Part shown: positions 30,503 through 38,978 of the stretch, in pieces
Numbering within the stretch: the first letter of the stretch is position 1
Layout: every line of letters begins with the position of its first letter
DNA from: Vulcanimicrobiota bacterium
GTDB taxonomy: Bacteria > Vulcanimicrobiota > Xenobia > Xenobiales > JADMJV01
DNA: 64,000 bases
Reading direction: 5' to 3'
NCBI GenBank assembly: GCA_050250895.1
Contig: JBFWNU010000007.1
Location: 128,001-192,000 of the forward strand
The notes under the pieces: generated by a model
Database searches by the model: none
The model's input: only the letters and a program-made list of their open reading frames with translations
What the model was told of the DNA's origin: nothing
Position numbers and translations under genes: made by a program

Positions 30503-31489
30503 GTGACCGTTTTTGACACTGTCGAGATCGCCGTGCTGGTGGCCGATGGCTTTACCGATTCCGGCCTGGCTATTGCGCTTGACGTGTTCCGTGCCGCCAG
30601 TGCGATGCTCAAGCGCGCCGCCCGGCCAGGTCATTTTAGGGTCCGAGTGCTATCGCCTGGCGGCGGTCGGGTTCGAGCCGCCTCCGGTTTGTGGACCGAG
30701 TCGACCGAGTCCTTTCGTTCGGGTGCTACCCCTCACGCTACTCTGGTGCCAGGTTTGTGGGCCGAGAATTTTGACGACCTCGACGCCCTTCGCCGTCGAC
30801 CCGAAGTGCAAGCGATGGTCGACCATCTCCGCGTCTGTCCCAGCGTGATCGGGGCGTCGTGTGGAGGGACGATTCTGCTGGCCGAGGCAGGACTGCTCGA
30901 TGGGCTCGAGGCCACCACCGCCTGGTGGGCCGCCCCTTATCTGCGCCGAAACTTCCCCCGGGTAATCGTCAACCCCGAGGCCGCCCTCATCGATCAGGGT
31001 CGCATCCTGACGGCGGGGGCAGTCTTTGCCATGGCGGATCTGGCCCTGCACCTGGTGGACCGTTGGGCCGGGCCCGGGTTGGCTCGTCGCACCGCCAACG
31101 TGCTGCTGCTGGACACCCACGCCTCGCAGGCCCGCTACATGGCGCTAAGCCAACTACAGTTTGACGACCCGCTGGTGCGGGGCGCGGATCGCTGGGTGCG
31201 CGCCCATCTAAGCGAGAACTTTCCCATCGCTACTCTGGCCGGTGAATTGGGCACCACTCCTAGAACCCTGGCGCGCCATCTGCAGGCGGCCCTGGGTCTG
31301 GCGCCGGTGGCTTTTGTGCAGAAGCTAAGGGTCGAACACGCAGTCCAGTTGCTCGAGACAACGACGCTCTCGGTGGAAGAGATCGGGGCTCGGGTGGGCT
31401 ATTCGAATGCGGCCACTTTGAGCCGCCTGTTGCGTCGAGAGACGAATCTATCGCCGCTGGCCCTGCGGCGCCAAGGGAGGCTCCCCTGA
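30503..31489 (+). CDS. GlxA-family AraC regulator (DJ-1 + HTH), divergent from the PfpI gene
   Basis: SCGGTILLAEAGLLDG, plus a C-terminal AraC HTH (IGARVGYSNA). Confidence 0.9.
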   Translation: MTVFDTVEIAVLVADGFTDSGLAIALDVFRAASAMLKRAARPGHFRVRVLSPGGGRVRAASGLWTESTESFRSGATPHATLVPGLWAENFDDLDALRRRPEVQAMVDHLRVCPSVIGASCGGTILLAEAGLLDGLEATTAWWAAPYLRRNFPRVIVNPEAALIDQGRILTAGAVFAMADLALHLVDRWAGPGLARRTANVLLLDTHASQARYMALSQLQFDDPLVRGADRWVRAHLSENFPIATLAGELGTTPRTLARHLQAALGLAPVAFVQKLRVEHAVQLLETTTLSVEEIGARVGYSNAATLSRLLRRETNLSPLALRRQGRLP

Positions 31490-31518
31490 AGACACTTTTC
31501 CAATCGCGGGGAACGTTC

Positions 31519-33480
31519 GTGTTTCTCGATTCCGAGATCGAGTCGGTCGGTCAATTAGCCACCCTCTTGCCCGAGGCGATCGCCGCCCGCTACGAGTTGC
31601 AAGACGCCGAGGCAGAACTGGCTCAGGCTCTGGCTTTCGAGACCGAGGCGGGCCCTCAAGTGCTCGACCACTCCACGGCCGTCTATCACGCCCGCTGCGA
31701 CTTGCCGGTCTGCGTCCAGGTCTTCGTGCGCTTTCGCGAACCGCTTCCGCTGCGCGACCGTCAGGGTAACAAAGTCCAGTTTGCCTGGGTATTGCTTTCG
31801 GATCAAACCAGCCACCCCCACCTCGACCTGGTCGCCGAGTTCGTTCATCTCATGGGCGACCCCGATTTTCTGGCCGCCGCCCAGCGGGTCGCCCAGAGTG
31901 AAGACATCTGGCAGGCTTACGATCAGGCCCTGCATCGCGAACTCAGTCTGGCGCGGCTGCCAGCGGGGCTCGAGCCGACGGGGCGTATCTTCGGTGGCCT
32001 CATCGCCGATCTCAAACGCAGACTACCGCTCTACGGCTCGGATTTTCGCGACGGATTCTGTTCCAAAGCGCTGGCCTCGATCCTGTTCTTGTTTTTTGCC
32101 GTGCTGGCGCCCACCACCGCCTTCGGCGGTCTTTTGTCGGTGTTGACCAAAGGCGAGATCGGAGTGGTCGAAACGCTGCTGGCCACCTCGGTGGTGGGAG
32201 TGCTCTACGCCCTTTTTTCGGGACAACCCCTCAACATCGTGGGCAGCACCGGACCGATCATCATCTTTCTGGGTATCCTTTACGACCTCTGCCAAATGGT
32301 CGGAGCCCCTTATCTGCCAACCCTGGCCTGGGTCGGCCTCTGGACGGCCCTTTTCCTGGTGCTGCTCACGGCCTTTGATGCCAGCTCGTGGGTGCGTTTT
32401 TTTACTCGCTTCACCGACGACACCTTCGCGGGGTTGATCGCCATCATCTTCATTTTCGAGGCCGTGAAGGACATGGTTCACGTCTTCACCGACCACAAAG
32501 TGAGCCACGACACGGCTTTATTGTCCTTGATCCTGGCCATCGGCACCTTCTGGATCGCCACCAATCTGTCGCGCTTTCGCCGCAGTGTCTACCTGCGCCG
32601 GGCGGCCCGCGAGTTCTTGGCGGACTTCGGACCAGCCATCGCCATCGCCGCCATGACCGGGGTGGCCGTGTGGCTGCACCAGGTCGAACTACAAACCCTG
32701 CAGGTGCCTTCGACCCTGGTCACCACCTCGGGCCGAGCCTGGCTGGTCAACCCCTTCGATGCGCCTCGCTGGGTCTGGCTGGCCTCGGCCCTGCCGGCCG
32801 TGCTGGCGGCCATTCTGGTCTATCTCGACCACAACATCACCGCTCGCCTGGTGAACACCCCGGACCACAAGCTCAAGAAGCACGGCGGCTATCACCTGGA
32901 CCTGGCCGTGGTGGCGCTGCTCATCGCGGGCTGCTCGCTGTTTGGTCTGCCCTGGCTGGTGGCAGCCACGGTTCGCTCGCTCAACCATGTGCGCAGTCTG
33001 GCCAATGTCGAGGGCGAGGGCAACCGCATCGTGTCGGTGGTCGAGACCAGGGTGACCGGATTGATGGTTCACGCCATGATCGGCTGCTCGTTGCTGGTGT
33101 TACCGCTGCTTCAACTGGTGCCCATGCCGGTGTTGTTTGGACTGTTCCTCTACATGGGTGTGGCCTCGCTCGGGGGCAACCAGCTTTTCGAGCGCCTCAC
33201 TCTGTGGGTGATGGACCCGTCGCACTATCCGCCTACCCACTATCTGCGGGCCGTGCCTCTGCGGGTGGTCCATCGCTATACCCTGATTCAGGCTTTGTGC
33301 CTGGCCGCCTTGTGGACGGTCAAAGCCAGCGCAGTGGCTATCGTGTTTCCTCTGTTGATCGCTCTGCTGGTGCCGGTGCGAATGAGTCTGGACCGATTTT
33401 TCAAGAAAGAGCACATCGCCCTGCTCGACCTCGAAGAAGAACCCGCCTCGGAAGCATTTCGCGAAGCGATGCCTGGCTAG
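31519..33480 (+). CDS. SLC4 (HCO3- cotransporter/band 3) family transporter with an N-terminal PTS EIIA-like domain
   Basis: KRRLPLYGSDFRDG, FGGLL, GQPLNIVGSTGP, FTRFT, GYHLDL, GLPWLVAATVRS, MPVLFGLFLYMG. Confidence 0.9.
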   Translation: MFLDSEIESVGQLATLLPEAIAARYELQDAEAELAQALAFETEAGPQVLDHSTAVYHARCDLPVCVQVFVRFREPLPLRDRQGNKVQFAWVLLSDQTSHPHLDLVAEFVHLMGDPDFLAAAQRVAQSEDIWQAYDQALHRELSLARLPAGLEPTGRIFGGLIADLKRRLPLYGSDFRDGFCSKALASILFLFFAVLAPTTAFGGLLSVLTKGEIGVVETLLATSVVGVLYALFSGQPLNIVGSTGPIIIFLGILYDLCQMVGAPYLPTLAWVGLWTALFLVLLTAFDASSWVRFFTRFTDDTFAGLIAIIFIFEAVKDMVHVFTDHKVSHDTALLSLILAIGTFWIATNLSRFRRSVYLRRAAREFLADFGPAIAIAAMTGVAVWLHQVELQTLQVPSTLVTTSGRAWLVNPFDAPRWVWLASALPAVLAAILVYLDHNITARLVNTPDHKLKKHGGYHLDLAVVALLIAGCSLFGLPWLVAATVRSLNHVRSLANVEGEGNRIVSVVETRVTGLMVHAMIGCSLLVLPLLQLVPMPVLFGLFLYMGVASLGGNQLFERLTLWVMDPSHYPPTHYLRAVPLRVVHRYTLIQALCLAALWTVKASAVAIVFPLLIALLVPVRMSLDRFFKKEHIALLDLEEEPASEAFREAMPG

Positions 33481-34922
33481 TGGTCCCAGTCGGGGGCGGT
33501 CAGGCGGCGTCGGCCGTCGTCGGCCAGTTTCACGCCGGGTTGGTCCAGGGCCTCGCGGTCCCAAAGTTGGCAGGTGACCTGCTTGTGTTTCTGGTCGAGA
33601 CCTTCGCAATAATTGGTATACTTACAGCGGCGGATCTGGTCGCCCAACCCCAGCCTCATCTTGCGGAACCAGTCGGGATCGGCCAGGCTCTGGCGAGCCG
33701 CGGCCACCACATCGGCCTGGCCGCTGGTCAGAATGCCCTCGGCCTGGGCGAAGCTGGTGATGCCTCCGGCCACCACGATGGGGGTGGTATAGCCGGCCTG
33801 GCGCACGGCCCGACGCACCCGACCGGCGTCCTCGACGTTGCGGCCGAAGGGCCCTCTCTGGTCAGACAGGGCGGTGGGCATGCACTCGTAGCCACTGGGC
33901 CCGGTGTAGGGATAGACAGCCCAGCCCACCTTTGGTTGCTTGGCGTCTTCGAACTTGCCGCCCCGGGATAGACTCAAAAAGTCCATCCCGGCCTCGGCGA
34001 ACCGTTGCCCGAAATAGACGGCGTCCTCCACCGTCGAACCGCCCTCCACCACATCCGTGGTGAGATAGCGGCAGCCTACGGCGAACTCTTTACCCACCGC
34101 CTCGCGGACCGTCTGGAAGACCTCGAGCGGCAGGCGCACCCGTTGCTCGCGCGGACCGCCATAGCCATCGGGTCGGGTGTTGAGAGCCGATAGGAACGAG
34201 GCCATGGTGTAGGCGTGGGCATAGTGCAGCTCGACCCCGTCAAAGCCGGCCTGACGGGCGCGGATGGCCGCCTCGGCGAAGACCGGCGGCATCAGCTCGG
34301 GCAGTTTGCGAACGTGCTCGAGGTGCATGTCGGTGACCCGTTCGCGATAACCGCGCTCGAGGTCTTCGAACTCGCGGGGCAAGAGCACGCGTTCCCGCTC
34401 CTGGGTGGAGGCGGCTACCAGGGCCTCGACGATCTCGGGGTCGGTCTTTCCGGGATAGGCCTGGCGGTGGTGGTCGCCAATCTCGAGAAAACGCCTGAGA
34501 AACTTTTCTGGGTCTGGACGGCGGCGGATAGCCAGAAAGTCGATCAGCTGAATGAAGAGGCGAGTGTGGCCACCGCTGGCCTGGCGAACCGCCTCGGTCA
34601 GGCGCCGCAGACCCTCGAGAAAGCGGTCGTGACCGATGCGCAACAAGGGCCCACTGGGAATATCTCTGACCCCGGTGGCTTCGACCACCAGCACCCCCGG
34701 CCGACCCTTGGCGAAGCGGGCATACCAGTCGATCACGTCCTCGGTGACATAACCCTCAACGTTTGAGCGCCAGGGCACCATGGCCGGGATCCAGGTGCGT
34801 TGCTCGATGGTCAACGGTCCCAGGTCAAGGGGTTGGAAGAGGCGGGCGGCGGCGGCCTCCTCGGGGCCAGGCCAGGCTCCGTCAGGGACATCGTGCCGAA
34901 TCTTTTCTTTGGGTATCCACAT
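33477..34922 (-). CDS. NADH:flavin oxidoreductase (old yellow enzyme family)
   Basis: PAMVPW, AGFDGVELHYAHAY, RPDGYGG, ADPDW, CKYTNYC. Confidence 0.88.
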   Translation of the reverse strand: MWIPKEKIRHDVPDGAWPGPEEAAAARLFQPLDLGPLTIEQRTWIPAMVPWRSNVEGYVTEDVIDWYARFAKGRPGVLVVEATGVRDIPSGPLLRIGHDRFLEGLRRLTEAVRQASGGHTRLFIQLIDFLAIRRRPDPEKFLRRFLEIGDHHRQAYPGKTDPEIVEALVAASTQERERVLLPREFEDLERGYRERVTDMHLEHVRKLPELMPPVFAEAAIRARQAGFDGVELHYAHAYTMASFLSALNTRPDGYGGPREQRVRLPLEVFQTVREAVGKEFAVGCRYLTTDVVEGGSTVEDAVYFGQRFAEAGMDFLSLSRGGKFEDAKQPKVGWAVYPYTGPSGYECMPTALSDQRGPFGRNVEDAGRVRRAVRQAGYTTPIVVAGGITSFAQAEGILTSGQADVVAAARQSLADPDWFRKMRLGLGDQIRRCKYTNYCEGLDQKHKQVTCQLWDREALDQPGVKLADDGRRRLTAPDWDH

Positions 34923-34938
34923 GGGCACAGCTTGCTTC

Positions 34939-34967
34939 TTGACCTTGCCGGGTCAACCTTCTATGAT
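34939..34967 (+). promoter_or_regulatory. Sigma70 promoter TTGACC-N17-TATGAT for leaderless deoB
   Basis: The -10 ends 7 nt before the ATG at 34975; no SD sequence. Confidence 0.7.
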
Positions 34968-34974
34968 GGGCGCT

Positions 34975-36150
34975 ATGCAATTTCAGCGAGTACTCCTGAT
35001 CGTCATGGATGGCTGCGGAGCCGGCGTGGCTCCCGATGCGGCAGAATATGGTGATCCCGTCGACGTCCCGGGCGATACCCTGGTACACGTGGCCCAGGCA
35101 GCGGGAGGCCTGTCGATTCCCAACCTGCGCCGAATCGGTCTCGGCAACGCGCTGGCCCTCGAGGGGGGCAAGCCGGTGACTCGCGCCTGTGGCGGGTTTG
35201 GTCGCCTGCGAGAAAAGTCTCGAGGGGGCAAGGATACCGTCACCGGTCATTGGGAGATGATGGGAATCGTGGTCGAGCGGCGCTTTCCGACCTATCCTGA
35301 CGGCTTTCCGCCCGAGGTGGTCGAACCGTTCGAAGAAGCCATCGGGCGCAAGGTGCTGGGCAATCGGGCCGCCTCGGGCACTACCATCATCAAAGAATTG
35401 GGTGAAGAGCACCTGACTACCGGCCATCCCATCCTCTACACCAGCGCCGACAGCGTTTTTCAGGTGGCTTGCAACGAGGCGGTGGTGCCGGTGGACGAAC
35501 TCTATCGCATCTGTCGCATCGCTCGCCGAATCCTGACCGGAGATCACCCCGTTCAGCGGGTGATCGCGCGCCCCTTCGAAGGGGACAGCGCCGAGAATTT
35601 TCGACGCACCGAGCGGCGCAAAGACTTTCCTCTGGCTCCTCCCGAGAATGTGCTCGATCGCCTGGCCGAGGCCGGCGTCTTCGTCTCGGGCATCGGGGTC
35701 ATTCCCGAGGTTTTCGACGAACGAGGCTTTGTGCACAAGCGCCGCACCCAGACCAACAAAGAGCATTTCGAAGCCACCATGGAGCTACTCGCCAAGCAGA
35801 ATCGCGGCTTCTTCTTCGTCAACTTCGAAGATTTCGACATGCTCTACGGCCACCGCAACGATCCGCAGGGTTTCGCCAGGGCGCTGGAAGTGTTCGACCG
35901 CTATCTAGGACACATCATGATGAAGCTGCACCCCAGCGATCTGTTGCTGGTGTGCGCCGACCATGGCAACGACCCTACCACTCCCGGCACCGACCACACC
36001 CGCGAGTACTCTCCGTTGCTGGTCTACTCACCGGCAGTCAAAGGCGGGCGCGACTATGGCGACCGCGAGACCTTCGCCGACCTGGGCGAGACGGTCCTGG
36101 ACGCCTTCGGCCTGGAACCCCTGGGAGTGGGATGCTCGCTGCTGACGTAA
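34975..36150 (+). CDS. deoB: Phosphopentomutase
   Basis: IVMDGCGAG, GKDTVTGHWE, YTSADSVFQ, RVIARPF, DMLYGHRND, ADHGNDP, TDHTREY. Confidence 0.95.
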   Translation: MQFQRVLLIVMDGCGAGVAPDAAEYGDPVDVPGDTLVHVAQAAGGLSIPNLRRIGLGNALALEGGKPVTRACGGFGRLREKSRGGKDTVTGHWEMMGIVVERRFPTYPDGFPPEVVEPFEEAIGRKVLGNRAASGTTIIKELGEEHLTTGHPILYTSADSVFQVACNEAVVPVDELYRICRIARRILTGDHPVQRVIARPFEGDSAENFRRTERRKDFPLAPPENVLDRLAEAGVFVSGIGVIPEVFDERGFVHKRRTQTNKEHFEATMELLAKQNRGFFFVNFEDFDMLYGHRNDPQGFARALEVFDRYLGHIMMKLHPSDLLLVCADHGNDPTTPGTDHTREYSPLLVYSPAVKGGRDYGDRETFADLGETVLDAFGLEPLGVGCSLLT

Positions 36151-37229
36151 ACGGCCAAACGACCATGGGTGAGTTGCTCGGCCTTTATCCGGGCGCTGCC
36201 CTGGCCCTGTTTCAGCGCTACCGTATCGGTTCGCAAGAGCGTTACGGATTTGGACCCGAAGAAACACTCGAATCGGTCTTGCGTCGGCACCTGGTTTTTG
36301 ACGTGGCTGGCGTGGTCGCCTTTCTAGAAGAGGCGCGCCAGCAAGAGGCGCGGCTGGCCTGCGAGCCAGAGGACTGGATATCAAGCCCTCGAGAGGCGGT
36401 GCTCGATGTCCGCTCGCCCGAGGAGTTCGCCCTGGGCAGCCTGCCGGGAGCCCGGCTGCTGGCCGGCGAGTCGGTGGCCGCCCTACAGCCCGGTCAGGCC
36501 CTGCTGCTGGTGTGCGCCCAGGGGCTGCAAGCTCCGGCGGCAGCCCGCTACTTCCAGGCTCGGGGGTTCAAAGTTCGCTTTTTGCGCGGCGGTCTCGAGG
36601 CTTATGCCCTGGAAGGCGACCGCACCTTTCCGGTGTTGGCGGGCTCGGCCACGCCGGTGGGGCAGTGGACCGTGCTGCCGGCCACCCACATGGCTCGCTA
36701 TCGGCTTAGTCGCAGCGAGCCTCGGCAACCGCTGTGGTTGACCCGTCAGCCGGATGAGCCCAGTCTGGCCCAGCGATTATTCGACCATCCCGAGGTGCAG
36801 TCGGTGGTCGTCCACGATGATAGCCTCACCGTCGTGTGGGCTGCTCCGGGCGACTGGGTCAAACGGTGTCGGGCTCTGGACCAGCTTTTGGAGACGGACT
36901 TGCCGATCTATCAGGGCCAGGCTTCGGCCCGCTCCGACGAGTTGCTGCGGCCTGTGCTCGAGCGAGCCTTGCGAGAGGAAGTTACTCCCGCCCTCAAGGG
37001 CCACAAAGGCACCGTCGAACTGGCTCACTACAAAGAGGGCTGGGCCGAGCTGCGCCTGGGTGGAGGCTGTCAGGGGTGCAGTTCGGCCGCTATCACCATC
37101 CACCGCGAGATCGCCGCCGTGTTGATGGGCCTGGTGCCCGAGTTAAAGGGCCTGCGTGATACCACCGACCACGCGGCCGGCCGCACCCCGTACCAAGGTC
37201 CCGAACCCCCTCCCGCCCTCCCACGGTAA
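36132..37229 (+). CDS. DUF1858-like + rhodanese + Nfu-N + NifU-C fusion (Fe-S assembly)
   Basis: MGELLGLYPGA N-domain, LDVRSPEEF..LVCAQG rhodanese, C-terminal PALKGHKG...GGGCQGC. Start is 36132 or 36165. Confidence 0.75.
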   Translation: MLAADVNGQTTMGELLGLYPGAALALFQRYRIGSQERYGFGPEETLESVLRRHLVFDVAGVVAFLEEARQQEARLACEPEDWISSPREAVLDVRSPEEFALGSLPGARLLAGESVAALQPGQALLLVCAQGLQAPAAARYFQARGFKVRFLRGGLEAYALEGDRTFPVLAGSATPVGQWTVLPATHMARYRLSRSEPRQPLWLTRQPDEPSLAQRLFDHPEVQSVVVHDDSLTVVWAAPGDWVKRCRALDQLLETDLPIYQGQASARSDELLRPVLERALREEVTPALKGHKGTVELAHYKEGWAELRLGGGCQGCSSAAITIHREIAAVLMGLVPELKGLRDTTDHAAGRTPYQGPEPPPALPR

Positions 37230-37303
37230 AACCGATCGAGTTTGTTTACAATCGAGGGTCCGCGGTCAACTTCTGTCCAACCTGGCCAGGCTATGATGCG
37301 CCT

Positions 37304-37642
37304 ATGGTTTCATCTCTGGGTAGTCAACAAGCTCAAACTCTCGTCGACCGCATTCACACTCGGGTTCAGGCTTTGCGCCAGACCCAGGACCCCCACCAGT
37401 CCAGCGGGGCGCTCCAGACCGAAGAATATACCGGGGTGGGCTATCAGAAAGAGCGTCTGACCTATGACGGTAGCGTCTTTTGTTATACCTCGTATTCGCC
37501 CACCGAGAGCCTGGCTTGCACCTTCGATGGCGAGACCTCGCAGTGCAACCAGACTTTGCGGCGCGAGTGGTTTCCTCATCTGGGCGATACGGTGCGCGAG
37601 TTTTCGTTCAACCACCGCACCGGCACTCTGACCGCCTTCTAG
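37304..37642 (+). CDS. Hypothetical protein (112 aa), probably leaderless
   Basis: TATGAT 6 nt before the ATG; fills the gap. Confidence 0.55.
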   Translation: MVSSLGSQQAQTLVDRIHTRVQALRQTQDPHQSSGALQTEEYTGVGYQKERLTYDGSVFCYTSYSPTESLACTFDGETSQCNQTLRREWFPHLGDTVREFSFNHRTGTLTAF

Positions 37643-37693
37643 AAGTGTCCACCCGCGGGCGAGGTGGCTCGACCCTCGCGGCTGTGAAGCTGG

Positions 37694-38908
37694 TTACTTC
37701 AGGCCGCCGATGTATTCGCCCACCCGGTCGATGCCCTTGTCGATGAGTTCCATGCTGGTGGCAAAGCTCAGGCGCACGTGGTCGGGCCCTTCGAAGTCTT
37801 CGCCGGGAACCACCGCCACTTTGGCGTGTTCGAGCAAAGACTCGGCGAAGTCGGCGGCCGTCTTGAGTTCGCGACCGGCGGGGTCGACCCGGCTGAAATA
37901 GGCCGAGATGTCGGGAAAGACGTAGAAGGCGCCGGTCGGTTGGGGACAGCGAATGCCCTTGATGGTCATCAGGCGCTGGTGGATGTGGCGCCCCCGCGCG
38001 GCAAAGGCCTGGCGCATCGTCTCGACCGCCTCCTGAGGCCCCTCGAGAGCAACCGGGATGGCATCGAGCACAAAGGAAGGGATGTTGGAGGTCATCTGCC
38101 CCTGGAGCGCCGCCATGGCTTTGATGACCGGGGCCGGACCGGCTGTAAAGCCGACTCGCCAACCCGTCATGGCGTAGGCCTTGGAGAGGCCGTTAAAGAC
38201 CAGGGTTCGCTCGAACAGATCGGGGTGAAGACTGGGAACGCTCACCGAGGGGTCGGGCCCGTAGACCAGCCGGTCGTAGATCTCGTCAGAGAAGATGACC
38301 AGGTTGTGCTCGAGAGCGAGTTCGGCCAGAGCCTTTAGTTCGGCGGGCGAGTACATGGTGCCGGTGGGGTTGCAGGGAGAGTTCAACAGCAATACCCGGC
38401 TTTTCGGACCGATGGCCTCGCGCAGCTGGTCGGGAGTGATCTTGAAGTCGTTGTCCACGCTGCCGGGAATGAACTTGACCGTGCCACCGGCCAGCTTGGC
38501 CTGCTCGGGATAGCTGACCCAGAAAGGGGAGGGGAGGAGCAGTTCGTCGCCGGGCTCGAGGACCACCTGGAAGGCGGTGAACAGGCTGTGTTTACCGCCG
38601 CAGGAGATCATCACGTTGTCGGCGGTCAGCTCTTTGCCCATCTTGGCGCCCAGGTGTCTGGCCACGGCCTGGCGGGCGGCGGGGCTGCCGGGAGCCGGTT
38701 CGTATTTGGTGCGGCCGGCTCGGATGGCGGCGATGGCGGCCTCTTTGATGTGCTCGGGGGTATCGAAGTCGGGCTCGCCGGCCCCAAAACCGACCACATC
38801 GATGCCTTCGGCCAGCATCGCCTTGAACTTGGCCGTCACGGCCAGCGTGCTCGAAGGCTTCATGGCCGAAATTCGTTGCGAAATGGGTATCATGGGCGCG
38901 GAGTTCAC
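37694..38908 (-). CDS. Class I PLP-dependent aminotransferase (aspartate aminotransferase-like)
   Basis: GAGEPDF, NSPCNPTG, SDEIY, SKAYAMTGWRVG. Confidence 0.93.
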   Translation of the reverse strand: MNSAPMIPISQRISAMKPSSTLAVTAKFKAMLAEGIDVVGFGAGEPDFDTPEHIKEAAIAAIRAGRTKYEPAPGSPAARQAVARHLGAKMGKELTADNVMISCGGKHSLFTAFQVVLEPGDELLLPSPFWVSYPEQAKLAGGTVKFIPGSVDNDFKITPDQLREAIGPKSRVLLLNSPCNPTGTMYSPAELKALAELALEHNLVIFSDEIYDRLVYGPDPSVSVPSLHPDLFERTLVFNGLSKAYAMTGWRVGFTAGPAPVIKAMAALQGQMTSNIPSFVLDAIPVALEGPQEAVETMRQAFAARGRHIHQRLMTIKGIRCPQPTGAFYVFPDISAYFSRVDPAGRELKTAADFAESLLEHAKVAVVPGEDFEGPDHVRLSFATSMELIDKGIDRVGEYIGGLK

Positions 38909-38978
38909 GGCCGATCAGGGGAATCCTCTCGCCTCCAAAGGCCGAAGGTGACACCTGACATGAGTCGAAACGGGGGCC

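Noticed and set aside
35469-36131. N-terminal extension of the 586-aa ORF
   Set aside because: It overlaps deoB out of frame and is Arg/Pro-rich noise; the real protein starts near 36132-36165.
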